A stretch of 64,000 nucleotides of DNA, from assembly GCA_032718475.1 (NCBI GenBank), contig JAUCBJ010000179.1, positions 14,625-78,624 on the forward strand, written 5' to 3'. This document shows positions 62,901 through 64,000 of the stretch, piece after piece. The translations under genes and the position numbers were made by a program. Source of the stretch: Nemertoderma westbladi (lineage: Eukaryota > Animalia > Xenacoelomorpha). The notes beneath the pieces are model-generated. The model was not told the origin of the DNA. It worked only from the letters and a program-made list of their open reading frames with translations, and did not search any database. The stretch's first letter is position 1, and each line of letters starts with the position of its first letter.

Positions 62901-64000
62901 TACCCCGAGTAGTACCGTCCTCTTCCTCTTTGCTCTCATGGTGCTCGTCGCCATGGTTTGGCCTTCAGTCTCATCAGTCTCAGTGTACTTTGGTGGATTC
63001 TCTCGACACCTATCCTTCTTATGTCCTCCCCTCACGCATCTATGGCATAACCCAAAATCTCTCTGTATAGTCTAATCGATCTTCTTTCAGCAGTGTCCGC
63101 CACTGGTCACAATCAATGGTCTTTTGCGTCGTATCCCACATATGCAAATGCTTTCTATGTATTTGACACCTATAGAATGGATTATAACGCTCTCTGTACA
63201 GCGTCTTGCATATTTCGTCCAGGTCCGAATCGGATTGTTTGTTGTTTTGGTTGTATATACTCGCATCAGGGGTATTGTTTCCTCCATATTCACCATGGCT
63301 GTTATGTGGACTAGAAGTCCCCGTTTCGTCCAGGTCCGGGTCGGATGGTTTATTGTTTGGTTGCACATACCCGTGTCAGGGGTGTTGTTTCCTCCATAGT
63401 CACCACGGCTGTTCTGTGGACTACAAGTCCCCTGGATGGTTGCGTATGGCAACGATTGCCTCACTCTCAGAAATGGGTCCGCTGGACTATGTTCGGGTTT
63501 AGGCCGGCTGCATTCCGCTTTCGGTACTTTACCGAGACTCTCCTCACTATAGAATGGGTCTGTAATCAATTCTGCTTCATAGTTAAGGAAGTTCGACATT
63601 TTCTCCATCCCTGGCTCCGCACCCTTTTTCTCTCGTGTTGAGAAAGCGACCTTTCTCCACTTGTTCCTCAGCCAGATCGGCAGTGCCTGCGCTATTGTAG
63701 TGATGTTGTTTGATGCATTGAGTTCGTAAGGTGCATCTAGGGTCTTTAATACAATTAGCGCCTTTTCTACCTTATTCCGAAGGTTTTAATGCTTACAGAG
63801 TTATCCTGAAGTCCGCCTGATGTTATTCCCCTTAAGGTTTGTCGGATAATCTTCGCAGGATGCCCGAATTACCTGTCCAGGGCTCGCCATGCAGTCATGA
63901 ATCCTCCTTCAATACCTTGGTATTGCCTCACGATGTCGTATGCTGGCCCCCTGTGTAGACTTGTAGATATTTAAGGCACTCCGCCTGCGTCAAGTTTTTC
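59921..64000 (-). mobile_element. Second BEL/Pao element, degenerate and RT-less, truncated by the window end; putative 3' LTR 59921-61384
   Basis: TG...CA LTR candidate preceded on the minus strand by the purine tract GAGGGGGGTGGGAA; frameshifted gag (FLNYEAELITDPFYS), protease (LVDSGA; AILTPFGWTLSGP) and integrase tail (EGALNGKPL...LTPEHILRGRP). Confidence 0.8.
60850..61315. repeat. 121-bp tandem repeat x4 inside the putative LTR
   Basis: Unit GTATGTAAATTACTGTACGTTGGTACGTC...CCCATTGACCC. Confidence 0.85.

Overview
AT-rich eukaryotic genomic DNA, probably from a marine invertebrate (species not determinable). It holds three spliced host genes, all on the minus strand: a secreted two-domain F-type lectin (6867-8916), MRPL44 (12276-14509) and the last six coding exons of an SLC5 sodium:solute symporter (43858-57323). 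Most of the window is repeat-derived. (i) A nested stack: a CR1/L2-group LINE (15651-30410) is split by two Helentron-like non-autonomous elements carrying arrays of CTCF-like motifs. One of these is itself split by a young, RT-less BEL/Pao LTR element (17738-28823; 1286-bp LTRs, AATTG target-site duplication, TSD). That element has no tRNA primer-binding site (PBS); instead the 11 nt at the PBS position are perfectly complementary to an LTR segment just downstream of a TATA-like box, resembling Tf1-type self-priming. (ii) An 11.3-kb array of a 95-bp satellite amplified from inside a dead LINE reverse-transcriptase gene. (iii) A 9-kb array of an 88-bp satellite enclosed in a hAT-type element within an SLC5 intron. 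(iv) RTE LINE fragments, solo-LTR relics, foldback MITEs, an AT minisatellite and a second degenerate RT-less BEL/Pao element running off the right end. All calls come from reading the sequence by eye; no database searches were run.
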